From: Macrostomum hystrix
Lineage: Eukaryota; Animalia; Platyhelminthes
Length of the DNA stretch: 64,000 nucleotides
Assembly: GCA_950097015.1 (NCBI GenBank)
Contig: CATNEN010000003.1
Location: 14,322,001-14,386,000 of the forward strand
Reading direction: 5' to 3'
How positions within the stretch are numbered: position 1 is the stretch's first letter; the number at the start of each line of letters is the position of its first letter. Made by a program: the position numbers and the translations under genes. The notes beneath the pieces were generated by a model that searched no databases, had not been told where the DNA came from, and saw only the letters and a program-made list of their open reading frames with translations. Below are positions 1-46,960 of this stretch, piece by piece.

Positions 1-1189
1 TTAAACCTAGGGAATTTTTAGCTTACTTTTTGGTTCATAGGCTTCATGCTGTTAGTCTTAATGTATCTAATGTAGTCTCTCAACTTGATTTAAATATATT
101 TTGTTATTTTATAGCAAATTTTTACTTTGAATAGTTCAAAAACTTTTGCTACCAACTTTCTAATGTACATTCTACAATTCCTTTCAGACATTTTTTACAA
201 ATTATATGTACCTGTACTTTCTTGTCTCATTTTCTGCCTCCTGTTTGTTCTGAGACTTACTTTCTAGCAGTACTTCATTAATTTCTTGTGCTTTATCAAT
301 GTTGTCTTTTGTTAAACTCTCTACCTTGCATAAGTCTGTGATGTTCTCTGTAAGTCTTTTAGCGTTTTACATCGAGAGATAGCATCTTTTATAGTATATT
401 GTTATTCTTCTTTTAAAGGTCAGCTAACTTTGAACCAAAAAGTATTTCCCATAGTTAATCTATTTACACCTTAAGTTGCATTCAATTTAATTTGTTGTGC
501 CCGTGAATTACAATTTATGTTATTAGTCAATCCAGAATTGTAATGCTGTATATAGTTGGCATATTGCCGTGTGTTAACTTAAGATCAGGGTGTGGCCTGG
601 CCTTAGTATGCTTGTTTGAGATTTCGAGCATAGAGCAAAGTGTGCAAACAAGAATCACATGCAAAATATCCCTTCCTCACCTAGTCTATACTTATTATTG
701 TAGTTGTCTTTCATTTGTAACGTTGGAAAACATAGGGTGTGGATTAGTTTAATCCAAAAGTGTGCGCTCCTGTTTCCCTCTGCCCCTTCTCTGTGCCCTT
801 GGCACATGGGTTTGTTATATAGTATTCCACAGTCTTTTCTGTGCGCCATTGTATTTTTAGTGTTTATTATCAAAGCGGATATTTGGTTCATATCTGTGTA
901 GTCGGAAGAGGAAATACACGAAATAGATTCTATGCAGTTATTTTCGTAAATGCAGATAAGAAGCCCGGGATGCTAATGAATTATGTTTTTTTTAAAACAC
1001 GTGTGATCAAATAGCCTACTAACGAGTAGTTTCTATTGGTCACATCTAGTTTGTTATCAGTGCACAAAGCACTACTCGCAATTTCCAACGAATTTTAGTC
1101 ACTAACACCTGAAATTAAGGTATTATTTAGCCCATAGGAACTAATATAGTTAAATAGTAGTCAATATAATTTAAAGTTCAAAGATTCTT

Positions 1190-1898
1190 ATCTTCCCTGA
1201 TTCCTTAAAATCCTCATTATCCCTGATTCTTTAAGATCCTCATCTTCCCTGGTCCTTTAAACTCATCATCTGCCCTGATCATTTGAGATCCTCATCTTCC
1301 CCGATTCTCTGAGCTCATCATCTGCCCTGATCCTTTGAGATCCCCATCTTCCCTGATCCCTTGAGATCCTCATCTTCCCCGATTCTCTGAGCTCATCATC
1401 TGCCCTGATCCTTTGAGATCCCCATCTTCCCTGATCCCTTGAGATCCTCATCTTCCCCGATTCTCTGAGCTCATCATCTTCCCTGATCACTTAAGATTCT
1501 CATCTTCCATGATGCTTTGAGATCTACCCTGATCCCTTGAGATCCTCATCTTCCCTGATCCCTTGAGATCCTCTTCTTCCCTGATCCTTTGAGATCCCCT
1601 TCTTCCCTGATCCTTTGAGATCCCCTTCTTCCCTGATCCCTTGAGATCCTCTTCTTCCCTGATCCTTTGAGATCCCCTTCTTCCCTGATCCTTTGAGCTC
1701 CTCATCTTCCCTGATCCTTCGAGCTCCTCATCTTCCCTGATTCTCTGAGCTCGTCATCTGCTCTGATCCTTTGAGCTCCTAAACTTCCCTGATCCTCTGA
1801 GATCCTCATCTCCCCTGATCCTTTTAGATCTTCCCTGATCCCTTGAGATCCTCTTCTCCCATGATCTTTTGAGATCCTCATCTTCCCTGATCCCTTGA
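1190..1898. repeat. Minisatellite, about 26-bp unit CCCTGATCCTTTGAGATCCTCATCTT
   Basis: Direct reading; includes a three-unit higher-order block repeated at about 1270-1480. Confidence 0.95.
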
Positions 1899-2981
1899 GG
1901 TATAATATATATATGTATGGTAAACTGTAAAGTTATATGCTTCTATGTACTCAAAACGGTTTTATTAAGTTAACACAAATTCCGGATCTTATTTGTTTCA
2001 GTGTCATTTCAGTATAGCATGCCGTGACACATGCATTTCACTTAGTCTTTATATAGAAATATTTAGCAGGTTTTTGGCTGCTGAAATAATTTTAACGTGG
2101 GAATTTAGATTCCTTAGTGCAGGGAATGGTCTCCTAGTTCAGAAATTTATGCCAACTCTTTCCTTTAGTCAATGCCTTCAATGCTTGTTAATTTTATCAA
2201 CTATAAAACCAGTTTAGATTAATGAACCTATTTATATAAATATCGGAAAGGGAAGTGGTATGCATGTAAATGTTTCTTGTTTAATATAGTCGAAACAAAG
2301 CATGCATAACTTAATTTAGCTGATAAAGTACACTGGTTCGTTCGTTTCTTTCTCTCTCGATCTAATTTCTTACCCTTTTAAGAAAGCTAAGAAAATACAA
2401 AAATAGCAAAGATCAATTTGAGACTTCAAAAGAAAAAATGCATCCATTGCAGTTTGATCTTTCGTGTCTTAACTGAGCACTTGGCAATCGGCTAGATTTT
2501 TTGTGTCTAGATAAACTCTATACCGATGGAATTAAAAAAAAGATTAGTGCTGATAACCGTTACCTCAAACCTCATTAGCTCTCTTTCCCTGTCTGTACCT
2601 GGGTCTGTCTAGCTAGCCAACAGATAAGCACTACTTTGCATAGCATTGGGCCGCACATAGTTTATTATGCAGGTCATAATGAAGGAGTACATGACATTCA
2701 CGAAGTGTAATGCATGTACGGGACCATGTATGCTGACGGTATTTATTAATTAAATCACACAAAACATTCTTCTTTTTTTGGCCTAGCTGCTTTTAGAACC
2801 AACTCTCCATTCTCTCCATTTTTTATTCCTGTACAGGTTTGCGAGCCTTTTTTCAAAACTGTTTTGTAATTATCAATTATTTTACAGCTTATTGCTTTCG
2901 TGCTATGAGCACACAAAAATTGAACAGTTTTCTAGTGACACCAAATCCTATTTTGAATCAAAATTATCAACGCGAGAACCA

Positions 2982-37602
<34,621 letters not shown>

Positions 37603-38914
37603 AGAAACTGATTTTGCTACTTCAAGTACTAAAGTCGTAGAAAGTTTCTTGCATAGAAAAATTCGCCAAAAAGTTTAATAGATTCAATGTTATGCTATTC
37701 AAAGTTGTCAGTTAATTTTGCCTTTGCAACTACCAGTAAATAAAAAGCGATATTCATTTCCGCACATTCTATTTCACTTACGCGATCTTTCTTTTTTCGT
37801 CTCTTTTCCATATTAAATATTTGTACTCGAAATTTTACAGACAATTTTTTCGTCACAATAATTAATATAATTTTATTTCATGTTAAGTTCCGTGTCTAAG
37901 CTTGTTTAATTAGTCTAAACTGTCTTTTCTGTAAAAAAAATTCTGGTGACTAAGTGCTCTATTCCTTCCAAATTGTCAGCAGAGTAGTTTATAACTTAGG
38001 GCTCAAAGTTATAAACATTGCGCTTTTTAAAATAAATTAGTACATGCTTATCCTGACTGGTCTATAAATAGTAACTCTTTATGACGTCCGATTTCTTTAG
38101 ACCATAATTCGTAGATTTTTGCTTCCTGTACGGATATTTTAGTCTGAAACCCTTTCTTGGATTGGTCTAAACTGCCAGCTCGACACCCTACAGCAACCTC
38201 ACTCCAACCAACCACCCCACTCCTGCCAACCACCCCACTCCTGCCAACCACCTCACTCCAGCAAAACCACACTCCAACAAACCACCCCACAACAGCCAAC
38301 CACCCCACCCTACTCCATTAAAGATTAAACCCACAGACTAAGCTGGGAATTCTAGATTATTTAAGTGAATGCGTATCACAACTTTATTTTTCAGTACCTT
38401 AATACTACTAAAAGTAGTCTTCAGATTAATTTCGCAACAAAAGCCATCTATAAATAATTCATATTTCTACTTGTCAATTTTAATTTGCCGTATTTCTTTC
38501 TGTTCAAAAATTGTTTCGCCGTAAGATCTTCAATAAAAACACTAAAAAATTGTACAGTTTGGTGAACGCTAAAAAACCTTTGATGAAATATTGAAGCACT
38601 CGAAATGTCTAGCATTTTCTCTCTGCGCCTTGTCTCTGTGCCTGGTTGTTCTCCCGTGTTCTGCATTGTCTGTACGCGATTTTCTTGGCCTTTTTTTCAA
38701 TCAGTATCCCGTTAATTTCCTTATCTAATGAAATCTGGAACTCTAGTTTAGTAGCGGCTATGTTATATAATTTATTTTGACATTAAAACAAATGTTTAAA
38801 ACAAAACGTCATTTTATTCCCGACTGTCGGATCTAGTTTAATTCTATATTACTTTTTCCCTTTTTGGAATAGTTTTTGTCTTCTTATTCTGGTGTTCCTA
38901 CTTAATTATGCTTT

Positions 38915-39130
38915 GCTGCCTAGTGGTTGGTGGAATCGCGACTTGAAGGTCAGGGGTTCGACTCCCCATTCTTCTGGAACAATTTCCTTTGTCCTTTAGT
39001 CAGACACTTAAATCGCCATTTCTTCAGCTCAAAAATGCTTTTAAATGGGTACCAGGATTAGCTGGGGTAATTGAGGGTGGGTGTGGCGTCCCCCCAGTCC
39101 ATGGACCATGGGTGCCATAGCTGCGGCTGT
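38915..39130 (+). mobile_element. tRNA-derived SINE with CORE-like central domain
   Basis: A box TGCCTAGTGG, B box GGTTCGACTCC (38955-38965), then GTCCTTTAGTCAGACACTTAA ... AAATGGGTACC, resembling the CORE domain. Confidence 0.7.
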
Positions 39131-40249
39131 GCTGTCGGCTGCGCATCTGGACCGATTTAGACAGGTGTAGTTAATGTGACGCGGTAATGTCAGTTGTGCT
39201 TATTTTTAAGCGTATGCTCTAAAAATTGTTCTAAAAAATACGATTGTCAAGAATGAACTTATGTTAAAATAATCTTGCCTTTAAATAAAATTTTTGTGGC
39301 GCGATTGCTTCAATATATATATAGAATCCCAACTACGAGTAAGGATTATTCATCTTAGAAAGCGACGTTGGCACTCGTATCGCTTACTTTAAGTAGTTTG
39401 TAGGTATATTATTTTTTTCAATGTTCCAATCAATAAATCAATTATAGTTTGCCATATCTGTGAGTCTTTCACTCAGTCTCTATTAGTTAACCCGAATAAT
39501 TCTAAACTAATTTTAAATTATTGTTGCTGGTTATTCTACTCTTGGTCAGTAGTAATAGCGAAGTGCTGCGTGTAGTTAAGCTTTTTCGATAACTTCAGAT
39601 TTTTTTATTTTTGCCTCTCTAAAAGTTTATTTTCGCAGAATGACAGCATTCCTCTGAATATTTTAGGCTAACATAAAATTGAAACTATTATTGTGTAATT
39701 TGATATTCGAAATATGTTGTTTTAATATTCACTGTGCTTAAAATCTAACATAGGTTTTTTAAGCTGGCAATTTCCTTTTTTCTTTTGATATTTTTGTTTT
39801 TTTCTTCTAGTACAGTTAAGCAACGGACAAAGTGATAATAAGATGGTCTAACTCTGTATTGTAAAAATAAACAAAAAGTAATTCTCGTTTTTTTTGTTTT
39901 ATCACACCCAACTCGTTGGAATAAAGCTGATAAATATTTAGAAAACTGGACTCGTTTTTTATGACTCTGACTTTTTCTGATTGTCAGTGGGGAGGATTTC
40001 CCCCTCGGTAGTTCTACTATTAAGAAACTTTTTTAACAAACCACCCATCTTAATGACCATCCAACACATCTAGCCACCTCACTCGAAACAGCCACCTCAC
40101 TCCAACCAGCCACCTCATTCCAACCAGCCAGCTCACTCCAACCAGCCACCTCACTCCAACCAGCCACCTCACTCCAACCAGCCACCTCACTCCAATCAGC
40201 CACCTCACTCGCCCCTGATACCTTACTCCAACCAGCCACCTCACTCCAA

Positions 40250-40395
40250 CTGTTAATTGATTCAGTGTCAAACTGGTCGAATTGTTAGTTGATTCAGTTA
40301 ACAGGTAGAATTGTCTGTTGATTCAGTGTCTAACAGGTAGAATTGTTAGTTTATTCAGTGTCTAACAGGTAGAATTGTTAGTTTATTCAGTGTCT
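40250..40395. repeat. About 32-bp tandem repeat TTGTTAGTTTATTCAGTGTCTAACAGGTAGAA, 4-5 imperfect copies
   Basis: Direct reading. Confidence 0.85.
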
Positions 40396-40756
40396 CCGTT
40401 GATCAGTAAGCTCCGTTGATTACAAGCCGCTTACAAGCCGTTGATTACAATCAGGACAGGATATCTCCGGCTCCGACACAATGTCATCAATCCAGGAAGA
40501 GAATTTTTCATCAGCAAGCTCAGCAAGGGCACAAAAATGACGCCTGTCAGACGCAGCAGCAGCTGTGCAAGCTATGCAGAAGGCGTCAATTTACTGAAAA
40601 GCAACGTTGATTTTCTTGATTGACACTGGCATCGTGTGGCGATTTGAAACAAATTTCATATATTTTAATGAGGCAGCGCTATCAGTCAGTCAATGTACTT
40701 TTAATTTTTACACTTCATTTGCTTCTCGGAGCTTTAGCAACCCGGATGCTGGGGAG

Positions 40757-41510
40757 TTGTCACGCCCCTCTACTCACACCACTCTTGTCACACCACTCTT
40801 CTTACACCACTTTTGTCACACCACTCTTGTCACACCCCTCTACTCACACCACTCTTCTCACACCACTCTTCTTACACCACTTTTGTCACACCACTCTTGT
40901 CACACCCCTCTACTCACACCACTCTTCTCACACCACTTTTCTTACACCCATCTTGTCACACCACTCTTGTCACACCACTCTTGTCACACCCCTCTACTCA
41001 CACCACTCTTCTTACACCCATCTTGTCACACCACTCTTGTCACACCCCTCTACTCACACCACTCTTCTCACACCACTCTTCTTACACCCATCTTGTCACA
41101 CCACTCTTCTCACACCACTCTTCTTACACCACTCTTGTCACACCACTCTTCTCACGCCACTCTTGTCACACCACTCTTGTCACACCCCTCTACTCACACC
41201 ACTCTTCTCACACCCCTCTTGTCACACCCCTCTTGTCACACCCCTCTTGTCACACCACTCTTGTCACACCCCTCTTGTCACACCACTCTTCTCACACCCC
41301 TCTTGTCATACCACTCTTCTCACACCACTCTTCTCACACCACTCTTCTTACACCCATCTTGTCACACCACTCTTCTCACACCACTCTTCTCACACCACTC
41401 TTCTCACACCCCTCTTCTCACACCCCTCTTGTCACACCACTCTTCTCACACCCTTCTTGTCACACCCCTCTTCTCACACCACTCTTCTCACACCACTCTT
41501 CTCACACCCC
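40757..41510. repeat. 14-bp minisatellite CACACC(A/C)CTCTT(G/C)T
   Basis: Direct reading; source of several spurious His/Thr/Pro ORFs. Confidence 0.96.
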
Positions 41511-43108
41511 GTCAGTTAAAGACTATAGCCTTTTGTCTTCTCTCTAGAGAGTATCCTGTTATAAATTTACAAGACTCCAATTTCATACCAGCTCGTTCCT
41601 ACTTCAAGAGATCCCAAGAGATCGAATGTCAGAGTTAATCAATAGTTATTTTTCCCTTCGTGAAGAAGTATCGAACTTTCGTTATTTCTTTTAGTGCTTC
41701 CAAACTTCCTTCACGTCACAACCAATTTGGGACCTGGATGGTCCAAAACGTGTCTCTCAGGCTTAGCAATATAATGCAATAGTACATCCTCTGCCAATTA
41801 TCCCGCCGGGGATTTTGTGGACTACGGAGAGAAGGAAATTTTAATCCAATGGTTAGAAACTGTAGATACGGAACACGGTTTTAGAGAGGGATATTTCTCC
41901 CAAGTTTGATTCCACACAGCAGTCTAGGATAGTTGAGTGCGGCCATTTGGGTCTGTGGCTCGCGTATCATGCTAAAAGTGCATCGGCATGGCTTCAGATA
42001 ACACTGCCTGAGTTCTATTTTTAGCAGCTGGGCATCAGAAAACACACACACACACACACGCACACAACATTTTTGGAGCTTCCAATGCTTCCTTTCTCTC
42101 CCACGCGAGGGATTCATCAGCCTTCATCGGTTCCTGGTAGGCTGGGAGATAATAAAAAGTTCTAGCTTGTCTTTTGCCTCTGTCTCTCTCTTTCTATCCC
42201 TCTTTCGTGAATTTCCCCCTCCCGTTTTTTAACGCCTCGCACTTGTCTCACTGTGAGCCTGTGAGAGTTCTGTTCTATTTTTAGCATCTGGCGCGACCTT
42301 TTAACTGCTGCGGTATAGCTAGTCCTTCTTGACGATTCGGAGAAAAGTTTCCTTGGGTGTTTGTCTATCCATCATCTATCTAGCGCTTGGAGGTCGGATC
42401 GAATGCGAGGCGATTTTGTACTTTTAACTCTTCCCCCTCTGGCGCCGACTGTGTATGCCTGCGTCCGTGTGTGTTCGGTATAGGCTTCTTGGGATCCATC
42501 CGAAACATACATGCGCAACACCCGGCCGACCCGGCCGAACCGGCCGGGTGAAACGATGGCCAAGCAAGGTAAGTCGCAAAAACCAATTGACCAAGCGCAA
42601 AAAAATCAAAGGGGGGACCAAGGGACAAAAAAGGAAGGCGTGAAGAAAAGGAAAAAGGGGAGAGAAAAAGAGAGCAAATGAGAGCAAACTAAGTCGTAAA
42701 TAGAGCAATGAAATGAACTAAGTCGCAAATGAGAGCAAAAACTAAGTCGCACGGCCGGCTAAGATTTGGGAGGTTGCGCATGTATGATCCGAAAGGGGAC
42801 TATTCTCCTTTCGTTTATCCCTCTTTCTTCATTGGCTCGCCCAAACGAGACTTGGTTGGTTAAAACTGGTGGTGCCTCAACGCCAAGAGGATCTAAAAAG
42901 TGTAGCAATAGGCCTGGAGATAAGTATAACACCCATTCCTTCTCGCCCACTCCCTAACCCCGGCAGTGTTTGCTGACGTCACAACTGCAACATCGCTCGC
43001 TATCTTAGCCTGTCTGTCCGTCTGCCTGTCTGACTAGATTTTGGCGGTGCTATGAAACTAATCAGACGATAACACTTGCAGCTTGTTAAAAACTTTTTTT
43101 TCTACGTC

Positions 43109-43657
43109 ATGGGATCTAGCAGTTCAGCTCTGAGTCGGCAGAAAGCTTCGGCTTCAGTTACTAAATCATCTACGACTGAATCGTTGGTGCTCGTCGGTGA
43201 ACCAACTCCAGTTGCTATGCTCGGCAACAATATCGATAACGAATTCGCATTCATTTGCCTACCTTATCAGTGCCTGCGTCTAATCGCTAGCCATCTAAGC
43301 AGCGACGACCTTCTAAGCCTGTGCCAGACTAGTCCAGATAATTGCAGGCTATTCGGTGCGGAGGTGTTCTGGAACTTCGCCGCTAATTCTAACGGTCAGC
43401 AGCAGCGCTCGAACATCAACTACGAATCGCTAAATCTGGCACTAGAAAGAAAGCTTTGCCTACCAGTGGAGAGTCTAAACAATGGTACCTATTTGCCATC
43501 GTTGGAAGATTCGGATAGCTACTCCGGTCGAGTTGTGTACCTGCACGATTTGAACTGTCGTAGTGGAGCGATTGTTAGCGGCACTAGTAGCAATGCTCAG
43601 GGCAATAAGCTGTGCATTCACGATTACGTTTCCGGTCTACCAAGGGGCACCTATCAG
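43109..43657 (+). CDS. F-box protein exon 1 (MGSSSS myristoylation-type start, F-box, start of PP2-like domain)
   Basis: FICLPYQCLRLIASHLSSDDLLSLCQTS...FW is an F-box pattern; cag|gtgagt donor, phase 0. Confidence 0.85.
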
Positions 43658-44156
43658 GTGAGTATAGTACAGTTGGTAAAAAATCAATACTAAAAAAACT
43701 CACCTCACTGGCTTGTATTGGGGTAGGCCTAAAAATGGATTCCCCTAAAAATCGATATTCTAAAAATAGCAACTCGAACCCTAAACCCTTGTCAACCAAT
43801 CAAATTTGATCGAACCAATAACACAGAATTAAGATTGTTAGCAATGCTTTGTGCATTATTTATAACTTTCTGGAGCTTCAAACTTCTCACGGAGAGAGAG
43901 GTCGCAAGTTCTAATCTCAGGCTTAGGGGAGCAATTAAGGACGACCTTATTGCATCAGTTTAAAATGCTGTAACATGGGAACAAGAAAAATCTGCAGTAT
44001 ATTTATTGGATAAAGTTATTGGACACTTTATTGGATGTCCACGTACTGATTAGCTTGACTTTTGAAGCCTTTTAGAGCGAAAGTATATCTGGCTTAAGTG
44101 GGTTAGGTGACATTTATTTATTTTATTAATTTACTACCTACGTTCATTGCACGCAG

Positions 44157-44552
44157 GTGACCCTGCGGGCAAAGCTCGGACCAAACTGGCGACTGCAAGG
44201 TGTCACGGAAGTGGCCCTAATCCCCGACCAGCTCAGCCGTGCCGACTGCAGCTCATTGCTGAGAGCCAGAATTCCAGAGAGGAAGTGGCGGAACCTGGCA
44301 TTTAGGCACGGCTTTGAGCGCTGGTTCTGCATCAGACTCGGCCGCCTGACGCTGCCGCATTCTAGCGGCGTCAGAGTCCAAATACTCAACAGCCGGGTGA
44401 GCAAGACTCAGTTGAAGGAGGGTGTCTACTTGGACTATATTGAGCTGACGCCTCTGTCGTGTCCTCTAGCTGACTTTATCGGATATCGACGACTTCGAAG
44501 ATTGCGCAACTCCGACGTAGACGCGCAAGGCGAAGCGTGCCAGCTGTTGTGA
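44157..44552 (+). CDS. F-box protein exon 2 (PP2/Nictaba-like C-terminal domain); total 314 aa
   Basis: acgcag| acceptor, phase 0; joins as LPRGTYQ|VTLRAKLG; ends KEGVYLDYIELTP...CQLL then TGA. Confidence 0.85.
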   Translation: MTLRAKLGPNWRLQGVTEVALIPDQLSRADCSSLLRARIPERKWRNLAFRHGFERWFCIRLGRLTLPHSSGVRVQILNSRVSKTQLKEGVYLDYIELTPLSCPLADFIGYRRLRRLRNSDVDAQGEACQLL

Positions 44553-44643
44553 CAGAATGACAGATGCCAGATGACAGAATCCTAAGACAGAATTTGAACT
44601 AGTTGGGTAGGAAAGGCTATTTATTACTAATTTATTGTGACAT

Positions 44644-45062
44644 GGTAGACTAATTAGGGGTGGCAGGGTAGACTAATTAGGGGTGGTAGGGTAGACTAAT
44701 TAGGGGTGGCAGGGTAGACTAATTAGGGGTGGCAGGGTAGTCAAATTAGGGGTGGTAGGGTAGACTAATAAGGGGTGGTAGGGTAGACTAATTAGGGGGG
44801 GCAGGGTAGACTAATTAGGGGTGGCAGGGTAGTCAAATTAGGGGTGGTAGGGTAGACTAATAAGGGGTGGTAGGGTAGTCAAATTAGGGGTTGCAGGGTA
44901 GACTAACTAGGGGTGGCAGGGTAGACTAATTAGGGGCGGCAGGGTAGTCAAATTAGGGGTTGCAGGGTAGTCAAATTAGGGGTGGCAGGGCATACTAATT
45001 AGGGGTGGCAGGGTAGACTAATTTAGGATGGCAGGGTAGACTTATAAGGGATGTCGGGGTTG
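44644..45062. repeat. G-rich 23-bp minisatellite GGGTAGACTAATTAGGGGTGGCA
   Basis: Direct reading; about 90 nt downstream of the F-box stop. Confidence 0.95.
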
Positions 45063-46197
45063 AATAATCGGTTGCAGGGTAGACAATTGTTAAGATCGTG
45101 ACGTGGTTGGCTAATTAAATAGTGGCAGCTTAGTTTTTCACTTATAAAACGGTTTTGCACTTTTTAATGGACAAAAAATTGTTTTTTTTGCAGTACAAGC
45201 CATAAAAAATTAGATAGTGCTATCTATAATCAATTACTTGCCTTTGTTATACGAAAGCTATGGACTCATGTATAAGCACTACTGGAGGCTGATTAATACA
45301 TGCTCATTAGTTCAGCTTATGTTGTTTGATAGTTATACAAGTACAACCACCAGAGAGCTAATTGCACATGTTCGCTAATATACAGTCATGTCTTAATTAT
45401 TCATTTTTTCTGTTTAATTTTTTGAGTTTCATTAGCTAGCTAGTTTATAAAAAACTTTTAAATCAGTGCTTGAGATATAAGGAAGAAAAGGCGAATGATG
45501 ATTAAAGTATGAATAAAAAAGCCTGATTTATGTTTATAATCATAGTATTCTACTATTTGCATCGCACGCGTGTAATTCGTTCTCGCTATACGTGTACTGT
45601 AATAAAACAAATTAAACTGTCGTTAGTTTTTTTAATGACATTTTTTCTTTCCAAGTTTCGTTTTTACTATCACCTTTTAACTGCTGAGAAATTAATTAAA
45701 TACAAGGATACCCAAATATGATTACATTTAAACTGCTGCCTCGGCTTGACGAATGAAGGGATCAGTACGATAGAATGGACTGATTTCATTGTGATAAAAT
45801 ATTTTATTATCACTTTACTTACTAAATCACACTGCAAACGACATGCCGACCGGGCAACAAAAATTTTTTACGTGCGTTTGAAGAATTTTTTCGTGCAAGC
45901 CTCGAAAAAATGTAATTATTAGGTAAAGTTGCTCGCTTTGCAAGTAAGCAAAAGAGAAATGCGAAACTCAACATGCAGTATTCGATTTCATTCTATTTAA
46001 TGATCTGCATTTCGCGCAACAGTGAATCATCAGGTTTATTAAAAATTTTAACAAGCATTGATTGCGAGTGAATAAATAATTTTTAGGGTATAAATTTAAT
46101 CGATAGTTTGTTTGTACATTGTGGTCCGTAAATCGAGAGGCAAAGTCAAGACGAGGAGCTAGGGATGAGCCAACTGTACACAGAGTGTACCCCTCCC

Positions 46198-46590
46198 TCA
46201 GAACACACGGAGAACATGCCCCACGCCACTGTATTTGAGTTGAGTGTTAAGGTTGGGGGTGTGAGCATTAATGTACAACGCTTCAAGAATCTGCATTTTG
46301 GAGTCAGAGGCGCATTTGGTCAATGACATTGAAGCGCTCTTCTGGTTTGCAGTTGGGGCAACTATTGCATTCTAAGAGATGGCTTTGGATAGCCGATGGT
46401 TTCAGCCAGTGCTCCCTGATTCTAGTGTAGAAGTGCCTTTAAGTTTAACCCTCGTAGGAGACGCTCTGATTCTCAGAGCAGTTGAATTAACAAAAGACAC
46501 TAGCCCGAAGACAGCAGGGAAACGTGACTCCAACCGACAAAATCGCCGACTTTAGCAGATCGAAAGACAACTAGAATGTTACGACTAAGC
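46198..46590 (-). mobile_element. Decayed Penelope-like element, GIY-YIG endonuclease C-terminus
   Basis: Minus-strand translation VVFRSAKVGDF...SVFC*FNC...SYEG*T*RHFYTRIREH...SAIQSHL...FNVID (frameshift) ...ILEALYI...PNLNTQ...LRVF*; three stops and frameshifts. Confidence 0.85.
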
Positions 46591-46879
46591 GACTCACTAA
46601 CTCAACTTAAGGATAAAGCTTTATCAACAGCTCCTTTCTATAGATTACTTTGTTGCTTTCAGTTACCCTTGTTTACGGATTAAGCAAAGTACACTTTACA
46701 AGCGAAGAAACAAAAAGGCATTAACTATTTCCTTAATTTTTAAGTTACGATGCTACCTATACTTATAAAGTTTAGCAGTTTTATTTTTGATTGAGGCTAG
46801 TGGCCTAATAATATCAAGTTTTAGGTTGCGTTTAGTAATTTCATATTATGATTTCTTTTAAATTAACAATTGCGTATCT

Positions 46880-46960
46880 TCCACGCACGCTCCGCTCGCA
46901 CGCACGACGCTCGCCAAGGACAACTTATGTGAATTAGCTTTTATTAGCCCGGAAGTCACT
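46880..46960 (+). promoter_or_regulatory. Possible promoter of the Gln-rich gene (CG-rich patch plus ETS site CCGGAAGT)
   Basis: CGCACGCTCCGCTCGCACGCACG and CCGGAAGT in otherwise AT-rich DNA; positional inference only. Confidence 0.3.

Noticed and set aside
42090-42125. Minus-strand CUGAUGA...GAAA hammerhead-like words
   Set aside because: Stem II closes on a mismatch, and I found no stem III/UH site or stem I.
42952-43790. Telomere-like CCCTAACCC and CCCTAAACCCT words
   Set aside because: Isolated single occurrences.
46430-46495. Three in-frame TAA codons at Lys/Gln-like positions in the Penelope ORF, hinting at a variant genetic code
   Set aside because: The relic also has frameshifts, and the host exons I translated contain no internal TAA or TAG. 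Ordinary decay explains it.
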